Source of the DNA: Isurus oxyrinchus
Lineage: Eukaryota
Length of the DNA: 64,000 nt
Direction: 5' to 3'
Assembly: GCA_026770705.1 (NCBI GenBank)
Contig: JANJGN010000140.1
Location: 186,001 to 250,000, forward strand
Of this stretch, positions 10,380 to 21,799 are shown one piece after another (position 1 is the first letter of the stretch; every line of letters starts with the position of its first letter). The notes beneath the pieces are model-generated. The model saw only the letters and a program-made list of their open reading frames with translations, had not been told where the DNA came from and searched no databases. The position numbers were made by a program, and so were the translations under genes.

Positions 10380-13300
10380 GTAAGTGACTGAAAACCGCGA
10401 CGTGTTACCAAGTATCCAGGCAAATAATCTGCATGGGGAGGGGTGGCCTCGTGGTACTGTCATTAGACAAGTAACCCAGCAGCCCTGTCAATCCTCTGTG
10501 TGCTAACTCTAGTTCATATCCCACCGCAGCAGCTGGTGGAATCCAAGCACCAGGAGTTAAATGTTGTTCTTAGTATGGTGATCATGAAACTACTGCCGAT
10601 TGTTTCGAACTGCCCAGCACTATACTCTGCTTAATGGAAAGAAATCTGCTGTTCTTACTTGGTTTAAACTACATATGACTTCAGACACAAAGCGTTGTGG
10701 TTTATCCTTAAGTGCTTGGTGAAATGATGGCCAAGCAAGCTACTTATTTGTATCAAATGGTTACTAAGTCTCAAAGAAAAGGATGGAACATGGACCACAT
10801 CACTTGGCATACCACCGGCCATCTGCCTAGGCTTCGGAAATGAGAATGGCAAACCCAGGCCTGTCCATCCTTTCAGTGTCCTCCTTACTAACCTCTGGAA
10901 GTATGTGCTAAAATTGGGAGAGCTTTCCCACATGTTTGTCAAGCAACAACCTGGCAGAGTCAAGCTCACGGAATCATAACGTACAATGTCTTATACAGCA
11001 CCATCACTATCCCTGTGCATGTCCTGTGCTACCGGCAGGATAGACCCAGAAGTGGCTGCACGGTGATATACAGTGAGCAGGGAGTTGCCTTGGGAAGCCT
11101 CAATATTAACTGCAGACCGCAAGGCGTCTCATGGCGCCAGCCCAAACATAGGAAGCAAACTTCCTACTTCTTATCAGCTATGTACGAACCGCCACTTGAG
11201 CTGATGAATCAGTACTCCTCGGTATTAAAACCAATTGGTAGAAGTATTGTGTGTGGGAAGGACTGCACTGTACTCCACTCTATGTGCTGCGTAAAGGTTA
11301 AGATTCATAATCGAGAAAAGATCTATATGTGTTGAAGGAAGTGAACAAAGTTTCATCAGGCAGCTTCCTGAGTTAAATGGTTTATCCTATGAGAAGAGGT
11401 GAAGGAATGACAATCTGCATTCCCTTGTGTTATGATGTGTCAGATGATGTGTGCTATGGATACAGCCACTTTTACAGTCTCACCACTTTAAAAGCCCCAT
11501 ACCAATTCCTGGATTCAATGTTCTTCTGACACTCGTAGCCTTAAGATTGAACATCTCCGAACTAATCAAGGAATTTCTAACATCCCGCAAAGAGCCCCCA
11601 GTTATGATATCACATGGCAGGTGATGTGTGCTAGGTGGGTCAAATCCACAAGGGAAACTTCATCGCTCTGTCACAACGGTTTTGCAATCGATATTTGCAT
11701 TGATTCTGAAGTAATGAGTCCAGCAAGACATTTAGAGACTTTTAAGAAATTAAATTAGAAGATTTATTCACAAAATAAAATATTCCAAACACATACATGA
11801 GATGACAAGGTATTTACTACCATAACAACTCCTAAAATTCTGAATTAACTTGACACCCAGTTATACACCCCTTAACGGCAACAGTCCAAATAGATTTTTG
11901 ATTTAAAACAGAACCAGCAAGTTAACGTAGCACACACTTGATAGTGGAATTCCTAATGGCTTCCCCAACATCACTAACATCACAAAGCAGACATATGCAA
12001 AAATGTCTGGCTGCTTCATAAAAGTTGTTTCACGAATTCATGTTAGATCTTACATGGCCCTCTCCTCACATCACTTTTCATTCTCCCGTATGTATGTTTC
12101 TCTCTCTTTAACATGTAAATTCTATTGTCCCATATGTGTTTAAAACTGCATCTTCCTCACTATATGAAAACTTTCATGTTGTCAATATTGTCAGCTCCCT
12201 TAGGAGCACATTAACACGAACGTCTTAGCCTTTCTTATCTAGCTAATTTTATGCAGCCTAGCATCCCTTTGAAGCCCAAATTCCCTTTACACTGTACATG
12301 CTAAGCCCCATCCACATTTACGTCTTAACATTTCAAGCATATTTCCACACAAATAGCTTCCTTTGATAATTTCAAGCTTGCTGCACACTTGACTCCAAAT
12401 GCAATAAAATCACACAGACAGAGCCAACAATACTTACATCCATTAACATACTGCAGAATAAACCAGAAAAAAAAAATTATAAAACTCATTATACTTTCGC
12501 AACAGTAGTTTCAAGGAATGTGAGCTGATCTCATTGGAACATATATTCTCAACGGGCTGACAGAGCAGATACTGCTGGGTATTTCCTGAGGCTACTGTTC
12601 TGAACCTGTTGCATTCAATACCTCAGAGAGCTGCGGATACTCAGTGGATGAATGGGAGTGTTCCATAGATGTTAGGTTATTAAAATAAATTGGGAATATG
12701 GGAATGTGATGCTTACGTCGAAGATCAGCCACGATATTATTGAACGTCCGAGCAGGTTTGAAAGTTGTTATGGCCATTCCTGCTTCTATTTGTAAGATTC
12801 TTTGCATTGATTTCTTAAAGTTCTGAGAAAAGAAATCAGCAAAAATGCAAATCTCTCTGGAAAGATTGAACAGGCTGGGTCACCTTTCTCTGGAAAACAT
12901 AGAACCAGGGAGAGAATTCAGAGAAATCTTTTAAATTATGAACGGGTTTAATGGAGTGCATGGGTTACAGCTGTATATTGGTGCATGAGTCCAGGTCAGT
13001 AGGACATTAATATCAGATCGTCACTAACGGAACAAAGATATTAAGAAGAAAAATGTGCGCTAAGACGCATCAGAATGTGGAACTTGATGCCACATTGAGT
13101 GGTTGGAGCAGACATTATTGGTGGATTTATGGGAAGGCTGAAAATACAGGAGGGAGAACGGAACAGGGCGGCTCAGGGAGCTGGATGGAAATGGTCAATT
13201 AGATTTCGGGTTGGGGGTACTGGTATGGAGTATACCCACAACATAAGTCACTGTGCCGAATGGCTGGTCTCTCTCCTGCAGATGGAGTACATTGAAAAAC

Positions 13301-14250
13301 TTAGAGAAAACTCCGCCCAGAGAACGCGGAGAAAATCAGTCAAAAGGCGAAAGAATTGAAATTGTCAGAGAGGCGGAAGAGGCAGTTCCCAGTGAGTAAC
13401 AGTAAAACCACTGCGGAAACTGAACAGACTGAAGCCAACCGACAACTGAAAGAGATTGGGACAAGTTCCCACGATTGTAAGACGTACAAATAGTGCAAAA
13501 TAAATGTAAAAATAAAATGAAACTAACTATAAATATTTCAAATTAAAGAGAAATGGGGAAACAGAGATTAATCGAAGAAAATAAACTAATAGACCCAAGA
13601 GCAGATGGAAGCAACTGAGAAGTGTTAAACTGCAGCTAATGGGTGACATTTCACCATCGATATTCACTATCTGTTTGACCCGATTGGTGCTGCCGAATTG
13701 CAATCGCATTCTGTTGAATCTTGCTGTGCGCAGTGATGCGTTATATCTGGGTCACTGTCTGACAAATAGTTTTTGGAAACTGACTGTTTCACTGTTAATA
13801 AGAAGTTCCCTCGGGGTTGTCTCTCAGCAGGGAAAATAAAAACACATCTAATATACATAATAGAACCATTCAGCGCGGAAGGATGACATCCGGCCCATCG
13901 TGTAAGTGCTGTCCCTTTAAAAGTGTAATCCAATTGTTCCCACCACTCATGCATATTCTCCATATTCCTGCATTTTTTCTGCTTCAGAACAGATACATCA
14001 CCCGTTTGAAAGTTACTACTGAATCTGTTCCCAAAACCCATTCAGATAGTAAAGTCCTGATCGGAGGAATTCGCTATGGAAGAGAAAATATCATCTCATT
14101 CCCCAGTTGACCATAGTTCAGTAACAATGAGCAGCGTTCGAACAGGCTTCAAATCGAGATAAAAAAACACAAAGCTGTTCGCGCGATTGACAAATTCCCC
14201 ATATCAGCAGTAGCTAAACAAAAACAAAATGTTCATTTTTCACCCTTCAG

Positions 14251-14556
14251 GTTCCCGTCTCCTGATATTCCAGAATCCGCCTTTACAAACCTCTGCTGCT
14301 GGTGACACCGTTACTTTAAGCTGTGAATATTCAGGTATCTGTCAGTACACAGTACACTGGTACCGTCAGTCCCCAGGACAGGCTCCGGAATATCTGCTTC
14401 AGAGACACACTTCAGGAGAGGAGAATAAAGAAAATGCTGTCGGGGAGAGAATTTCTGCTTCTATCGATTCTGCCAAGAAAATCAGCCGGTTAATTATCTC
14501 CAAACTACAACTGAGCGACTCCGCTGTGTATTACTGTGCACTGAGTCGGCGCAGAG
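14251..14556 (+). CDS. Leaderless supporting TCR-delta V segment of NAR-TCR
   Basis: SRLLIFQNPPLQTSAAGDTVTLSCEYSGICQYTVHWYRQSPGQAPEYLL...SDSAVYYCALSRR. It has TCR alpha/delta V motifs, an extra CDR1 Cys (14340-14342) and a phase-1 acceptor CCCTTCAG. I see no upstream leader exon. A perfect 23-RSS follows. Confidence 0.9.
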
Positions 14557-14595
14557 CACAGTGATACAGAGCATGGAGAGAGCTGTACAAAAACC
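14557..14595 (+). other. Consensus 23-RSS of the supporting V-delta
   Basis: CACAGTG + 23 nt + ACAAAAACC. Confidence 0.95.
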
Positions 14596-15007
14596 TGAAC
14601 ATGGTGGGAAATACAGACACACAGTGATAACAGAGCACGGAGAGAGCTGTACAAAAACCTGAACATGGTGGGAAATACAGACACACAGTGATACAGAGCA
14701 CGGAGGGCGCTGTACAACAATTTAACATGATGGGATTAGAGGCACACAGTGATACAGAGCACGGAGAGAGCTGTACAAAAACCTGAACATGGTGGGATTA
14801 CAGATACACAGTGATACAGAGCACGGGAGGGAGCTATACAAAAATTTAACGTGGTGGGATGAGAGACACACAGTGATACAGAGCATGGAGAGAGCTGTAC
14901 AAAATCCTGAACATAGTGTGATTACAGACACATAGTGAAACAGCACGGAGAGAGCTGTACAAAATCCTGAACATCGTGGGATTGCAGACACATGGAGATA
15001 CACAATG
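14557..15007 (+). repeat. Tandem array (~62-bp unit, ~7 copies) of the 23-RSS
   Basis: Heptamers at 14557, 14620, 14684, 14745, 14807, 14869 and 14931 (CATAGTG). Each is followed after 21-24 nt by an ACAAAAACC-like nonamer. Confidence 0.93.
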
Positions 15008-16029
15008 CATGGAAATTTGGAGAACAAATATTGTTCATGAATATATTTTCAGTGGCTCTTACAACTTTACAGTACAGAATGAAGTGATTAAACTCATTAA
15101 ATCTGCATTTCCTTCTCGCTCCTTATAATTCTTGGTATCTTCTCCTGTCCAATTCGCCTTCAAACATAGTTCATGAAATTATTCCACATTCTCATCTCCC
15201 TTTTCCTGGAAAAATTCATAATGTACCGATTTGTAATCTAGGGTGAATTTATTGCCGCCTTTTACCTCAGATAACAGCAAATTAGTTTCTTTCCCTTTTG
15301 CTGTTGAAACCGCGTTTCCTCGTTTGACTTGATAAACCTTCATCATCTCCTGTGATTTCCAGCTTTCGGGCTACAATCGGCTGCGAGATTCCGTCCGCTC
15401 GAGGGAACACGCAAGAGACCGGGCAGTTCCCAGCTGAGGGTAGTTTGGGTTTGGATTCACTCCACCAATTATCTTTCCATGGAGGTCAGCATCTCCCACA
15501 ATTACCGCAGCTGGGAAAGGTCCCTTTGTGTTCACGGGCCGCGCTGCAGTGGGTGAGAACATGCGTACCTCAACAGTGATCCCTCTTAAAATAGGGCCGT
15601 TCTATCTTAATAACCGGCTGCATTTATGTAGAGGTTATGACCCACAAACATTGTTGAATGCACTTTTCACTAAGATGATGGAAGTTTGCCCCTTGGAATC
15701 GACGACCCCCCAACACTTTCCATCAGTCACAGCACCATGATTGGCCAATTCCACCATTGAATCAATGGCTGGGCAGAGCCACTGCAATATGGTTGACCCT
15801 TAAACTCCCTCGCAAATGGCCCAGCACGCCACTCAATTCAAGGGCAATTAGAGATAGGCAACAAACGCTGGCCTTGCTAGCGACGCCCACATGCCATGAA
15901 AGAGTAAATTTCGTGTTTCCTGTCCATTTATTCTGTTAAAGGCATTCCTTCAGTTCTTCCATTTTCTCACCTCCTTCCTATTTAAGGATTTTTTGTTTCT
16001 CAAGTAGAAAATATATAGAATTATTAAAT

Positions 16030-16810
16030 CACTGAATCGTCGCATGGTTATATCTCAGATAGAGGCCATTCACCCCGTAATGTCCGTGCTAGCCCATTTC
16101 AAATGCAACTCTCCCAGTCCCACTCTCCGTCTTTTCTCTCTGGCTTTGCAATGCTTTGCTCTTCAGGTTATTATTTGATACCCTATTGAAAACCACGATT
16201 GGACCTGCTGCCACCACACACTCAGGATGCACATTTCAGATGTGAATTACTCAGTCCATGGGAAAAGATTTCCATCATGTCGCCGTTGCATCTTTTGCCA
16301 ATCACCTTGTATCGGAGCCCTTTCATTCTCAATCCTTCCCGACATATGTTGTCCATTTCCCGCATCATTTTGCACATCCCTAACATATCTATCAAATCTC
16401 CACTTAATCTTCCCCTCTCCACAGAGACCAACCATCCACGTAACTTAAATTAATTTCCATTGGAATCATTCCCATGAGACTTTTCTGCACCAGCTCTCAT
16501 GCCTTCACTTCCACCCGAAAGTGCGATGGCCAAAACGACACATAATACTCCAGCTGAGGCCAAGTCTTTTGCACAGATTTGTCATAATTCCCTTGTTTGC
16601 ATCCTTTATACCCTATTTATAAAGACTGGTATGCTGTATATTTAGTAACCGTTTTCTCAATCTGCCCTGTGCTATTCAATTATTTATGCACATAGACCCA
16701 AAGGCTCCTCTACTCCTACATTCCCTTTGCAACTGAACCCTTAATTTCATATTGCTTCTTTTCACTTTTAGTACTAAGATGAATCAGATCATACTTTTCT
16801 GCATTTACTT
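16030..16810 (-). mobile_element. CR1 LINE 3' fragment
   Basis: Minus-strand ORF VERGRLSGDLIDM resembles the CR1 ORF2 C-terminus (RRLRGDLI). Confidence 0.6.
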
Positions 16811-17283
16811 GCCACTTGACTCGGGATCACAGCTTCAGAATAAAGAGTCATCCATTAGAACGGAGAAGGAAAAAGGATCTGCAGTAGAACTATTGTTGTG
16901 AATCTGTGGCATTCTGTAACTCAGAGAGCGGTGGGTGTTCATGTGTGTATGCAAGACAATATTCTATAGGCTTTTGGATACTAAAAGGATCAGGGGATAT
17001 GGGGAGAGTGCGAGAATGTGACGTTGAATTTGGAAATCAGCCACGATATTACTGAATGGCAGAGCAACTTTAAAATGTGAGATGGCCACTTTACCCTGTT
17101 TCAGTGATCACTGCCCTTGACCTGATGACCTTATCTCAGTTATGACTGCACTGGACCATTCAAAGATACGAGTGTACAAAAAGGAGCAGGAGTAGGCCAT
17201 TCAGTTCCTCGAGCATGTTGTGCCATTTAATAAGATCATGGATGATCTCATATTAACCTGAAACCTGCATCCCACCTATCCTT

Positions 17284-18080
17284 TTTGAGTGTTGTGGGAG
17301 CTGCATTCATCCAGGCAAGAGGAGAGTGTTCCATCACACTCCTGACTTGTGCCTTTTAGATGGTGTACAGGCTTTGGGGAGTCCGGAGGTGAGTTACTCA
17401 TCGCACGAGTCCTAGCCTCTGACCTGCTCTTGTTGCCACTGTATTTGTATGGCTAGTTCAGCTCAGTTTTTGATCAATAGTATCCCCCCAGGATGTTGAT
17501 AGTGGGGATTCAGTGATAGTAATGATATTGAACATCAAGGAGATGATGGTTGGATTCTCTCTTGTTGGAGATGGCCATTGCCTGTTATTTGCCACTTGTC
17601 AGCCCAAGCTTGGATATTGTCCACGCATTACTGCATTTGGACATGGACTGCTCCAGTATCTGAGGAGTCACGAATGGTGCTGAACATTGTGCAATCATCA
17701 GCCAATATCCCCACTTCAAAAACAGAATTACCTGGAAAAACTCAGCAGGTTTGGCAGCATCGGCAGAGAAGAAAAGAGTTGACGTTTCGAGTCCTCATGA
17801 CCCTTCAACAGAACCCCACTTCTTACCTTATGATGAAAGGAAGGTAATTTATGAAGCAGCTGAAGATGGTTGGGCCTAGGCCACTTCCCTGAGGAACACC
17901 TGCAGTACTGTCCTGGAGCTGTGATGACTTACCTGCAACAGCCACAACCACCTTCCTTTGTGCTAAGTATGACTCCAACCTTCGGAGACTTTTTCCCCTG
18001 ATGCCCACTGATTGCAGATTTGCTTGGGTTCCTTGATGCCACACTCGGGCAAATGCTGTCTTGATATCAAGGGCAGTCTC
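17284..18080 (-). mobile_element. LINE reverse-transcriptase fragment (CR1/L2 group)
   Basis: GVPQGSGLGPTIFSCFIN RT motif in ORF 17823-18044; same family as 32130-34220. Confidence 0.75.
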
Positions 18081-18562
18081 TCTAAAATTGTTCAGCGATA
18101 AGTCAATTTAATGATTTGATTGCACTAAATGATTAAGAACTAAAATACTTACCAATCAACCAAACACACGATCTAACCTGACTCTTAAAAACACAAACTA
18201 TTTGGGAACATAGTAGAGATGGGAAGAAACAGTTTTAGCTTAGAGATTGGGTCTGTGGACCATATCGACAATTATTGGCTGCTTAATGAGGACTCCAAGA
18301 AATGGTTTGGCGGGAAGGAGAGGTAGTTGTGCCGCAGAATTGGCAACCAGCAGCTCGCCCAAAAAGATATGGAACCATCCACCTGGCTGATGTTACAAAT
18401 GGAAGGCATGAAACCGTGAGTCCTTCTGTTTGTTCACTGAACTGTAACTAAGGTGCATCTTCTAACCTAATTGTCCCTTTGAGAGTTTCAGCCAGTATAA
18501 GTTGAAAGCGTCTCAGAGCTAAGGTTCACAGCTTGCAGAATTCCCTTAGTTTGTGAAAGGAG

Positions 18563-21177
18563 ATGCACGGGTCAGTGAATGGACCTGTCTATGCTATTTA
18601 CTATCCTGTTCTCGCTGTTATTAGTGTCCAGGGTAAGTTATAGACTCCAAATTAATTATTTACTTTCTTTTAAGTCGCCAGAACACTTGTGCCTTAGATT
18701 TCGGGAAGGGTCTTTTTTTAATATTCAGCGCTCTGTTTGAGTTTAAGGAACGTCAACTGTGTTCCTGTATAGAGGTGCAGTATATGATATTGTACTGCAT
18801 TACGGTGACTTATAGTTTATGAATTCCACTTGCATGATGTAGCAGCACAAGATATTATTCAATGATCTATGGTGCAAGTTTATAGAAACAGCGTCTGTTG
18901 GGTTGCTGAATTATGAAGTATAATGTATGAAAATGTATGGACAGTATTACGTTACATTGTTAAACATTAGCTTTCATTCCAATGTAATAAAATGCATTAT
19001 AGCGTTTTTAACATTGTATGGAATAATGGCGTATCACAGAGTATTAAACATCATTGTCGTGCATTTATTTTATTACAATGATTTACACTGATTCTTTACA
19101 GTGCAATAATTACACTAGATGCATTGTGATATAAATTGTACACTCATTAATTGCAGGAATCAGCAGTGCAACCTCTGGAAGGAAGTAGTATTTTTCATTT
19201 ATTATTATGCAGTAGAATATAATATTTATTTATTACTGTCGTTGGCAAGGTCAAAATTTATTGCCCATCCCTCGTTTCCACTTGAGAAATTAGAGTTGAG
19301 CTTTTTACTTCAACCTCTGCAGACCGTTTGGTGAGGGAAGGTGCTTCACAGCAGATTTAACAAACAAAATTTGATATCAACTACATAAGGAGAAATGAGG
19401 ACCGATAACCAAAAGCTTCATCGAATGAGTAGGATTTGAGAATCGTCTGGTAGAAAGAAAGAAAGGTGAAGGATTTGAGGGAGGGATATCCAGACATTAA
19501 GGCCACGGCAGCAAAAGGCAACTTCGCCACTGGTGGAACATTTAATTTCTGGGGTAGACAAGATTATAGATATTGGCTGTGAGCAAAACGATGTTAGAGG
19601 GTTACTGGAGTAAGTAATGGCGAGGCTATGGGTGGATTTGAAAGCAAGGATGAGGAAACTAAATTCAAGGTGTTGCCAGGCTGGGAGCCAATGTAAGTGG
19701 GTGAACACAGGGCTGGTGGATGACTGGGACTTCCTGTGAATAGGAATATCCCCACCAAGTGCTTCAGATGAGTTTAAGATCACTGATGACCTAAAGTGGG
19801 AGAACGCCAAGAGACTATTCCAATTGTTGGCATCTAGATGTTACAAATGTATGGGGAAACCTTGAGCAGCTGCTAACCGAAGGCAGGTTTTGGAATGTGT
19901 GATATTATGGTCGATATTAGAAATGTGGAAGTGACCAGTCTTTGTGCAGGATGATCATCATAGGGCGGAGGACGTTTGGAAGCGCAGCTCTGGCTCGAAC
20001 AGGTCGCCAAGATTGTAAAGGGCCTCAAGCCTCGGTGGATGGACTCAGTGGTGAGAGAACAGAGTTTTTAATGGGGATTGAAGGCAATGTCTTCTGACTC
20101 TCAAATGTCTATTGAATCAAATATGCACTTATCCAGAATTGGATGCCAAACAAGCAGTTACGGCTTTGGAATGGTTGGAGTCAGGAGGTGGCACAGGCAC
20201 GGGTGAGGACGGCTTTTTATTAACAAGTTGCATGAGGCAGCAGCTGGTGTTTGCAGTTCACTCGGTAACATATCTCTCTTTTCCTTCCTCACAGTCAACA
20301 TGGTGGCGATCATAATCTTATCCCGTGGCCGGTGCGGGCTCTCCCAATGCATCACCTATTACCTGGTGCTGATAGTGGTGACAGATTTCCTGGTCATCAT
20401 CACCGCTGTCACATTGAACCGGATCAGTGGCATCTACTTTCGTGAGAGTGTCCTCTTCACCACCCCAGGGTGCGCTGTCAGCACCATGCTCGTCTATGCC
20501 ACACGAGATGGCTCAGTCTGGCTGACCGTTTCGTGGCCATCTGCTGTCAGAGCCTGAAGGCCGGATACTGCACTGAGAAAACTGCATCACTGGTTATAGG
20601 ACTGGTCAGTGCCCTGAGCTGTGTCAAGAGCGTCCCTTTCTACTTCAGCTACCAGCCCTTGTATATTCTGGACGGGGTGCCTTAGTTCTGCAACATCAAG
20701 TCCACCTATTACACATTGCCCATCTGGCAGGTCTTTGACTGGCTTGACCGCATCTTAATCCCCTTCCTCCCGTTCCTCCTCATTCTGCTGCTCAATGCAC
20801 TGACCATAAGGCACATTTTAGCGGCCAGCAGAGCTCGCAGGAGGCTCCGGGGAGCCGAGAGTCACAGAGATCCAGAGATGGACAACCGTAAAAGGTCCAT
20901 TGTGCTGCTCTTCGCCATCTCCCTCAACTTTCTCCTCCTGTGGGTCACCTATGTCGGACATTTCCTGTACGTGCAGATTACAGGTGAGGCATATTTCACT
21001 GGCCTGGATTTCAATGACCCGCAAGTCATCTTTCAAGAGACAACCAACATGCTCCAGCTTCTCAGCTCCTGCACCAATGTTTTCATCTATGCAGTGACCC
21101 AGACCAAGTTCGGAGAGCAGTTGAAGAATATGCTGAAGTGCCCTTCCGCCACCTTCACTGCTTCATTTAATTGGTGA
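18563..21177 (+). pseudogene. GPR139/GPR142-like rhodopsin-family GPCR pseudogene (exon 1 18563-18632, exon 2 20295-21177)
   Basis: Exon 1 MHGSVNGPVYAIYYPVLAVISVQ|GTAAGT splices to VNMVAIIILSRGRCGLSQCITYYLV. Motifs DRFVAIC and NVFIY are present. A frameshifting deletion lies near 20525 and a TAG at 20683. Confidence 0.85.
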
Positions 21178-21566
21178 AAGAGCAATAAAATATTTGTATC
21201 CTCCCTTTAAGGTTCAACTTCTGTCTCAGTCTCATATTCTTTCCTCTCCATTGGAGTGTTTTGGTGTGTACCACTTTATCTCTCGTAGCCGAATCGGAAA
21301 GTCCAAGGCTCAAGCCCCGCACTCCAGAGGTGCAAGGCCCATCCCCAGTGCTGAGCGCCCAGACTTTCCTGTACTGAAGGAGTGCTGCACTGCCTGAGGT
21401 GATGTCTTCCCTGATCAAACTCTGAACTGAATCCACGACTGTCCTCTGAGATGGAACACAAATCATCCCCTGGTTACGATCATAGAGAGAACCCAGAGAG
21501 GTTTTCCCAGTATTTATCACTCAATTAACCCCACAAAAAACTATTTTATCCCATTGAGTTTGTGAA

Positions 21567-21685
21567 TTGTTTCTTTCTTTCTTTCTTTCTCTCTTTCTTT
21601 CTTCCTTTCTTCCTCCCCTCCTTCCCTCCTTCCCTCCTTCCCTCCTTCCCTCCTTCCCTTTTCCTTCCTTTCTTTCTATCTTTCA
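21567..21685. repeat. CT-rich microsatellite
   Basis: (TTTC)n/(CCTT)n runs. Confidence 0.9.
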
Positions 21686-21799
21686 TTTTTCATTCTCAGC
21701 AGCACTCCACCCCACAAAATTAATTCCAAAAGAATGTAAAGAGTGGGGGATTCTTCAAGTGAAAAGAGCAGGGATACCAGAGTAATTGTTTAATAAATT

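Noticed and set aside
14229-14250. In-frame ATG (MFIFHPS) upstream of the supporting V as a leader
   Set aside because: Too short and not signal-like; it coincides with the polypyrimidine tract and acceptor.
14557-15007. CRISPR-like appearance of the repeat array
   Set aside because: The context is eukaryotic, the units are RSS heptamer-spacer-nonamer, and the intervening sequences are also repeated rather than unique.
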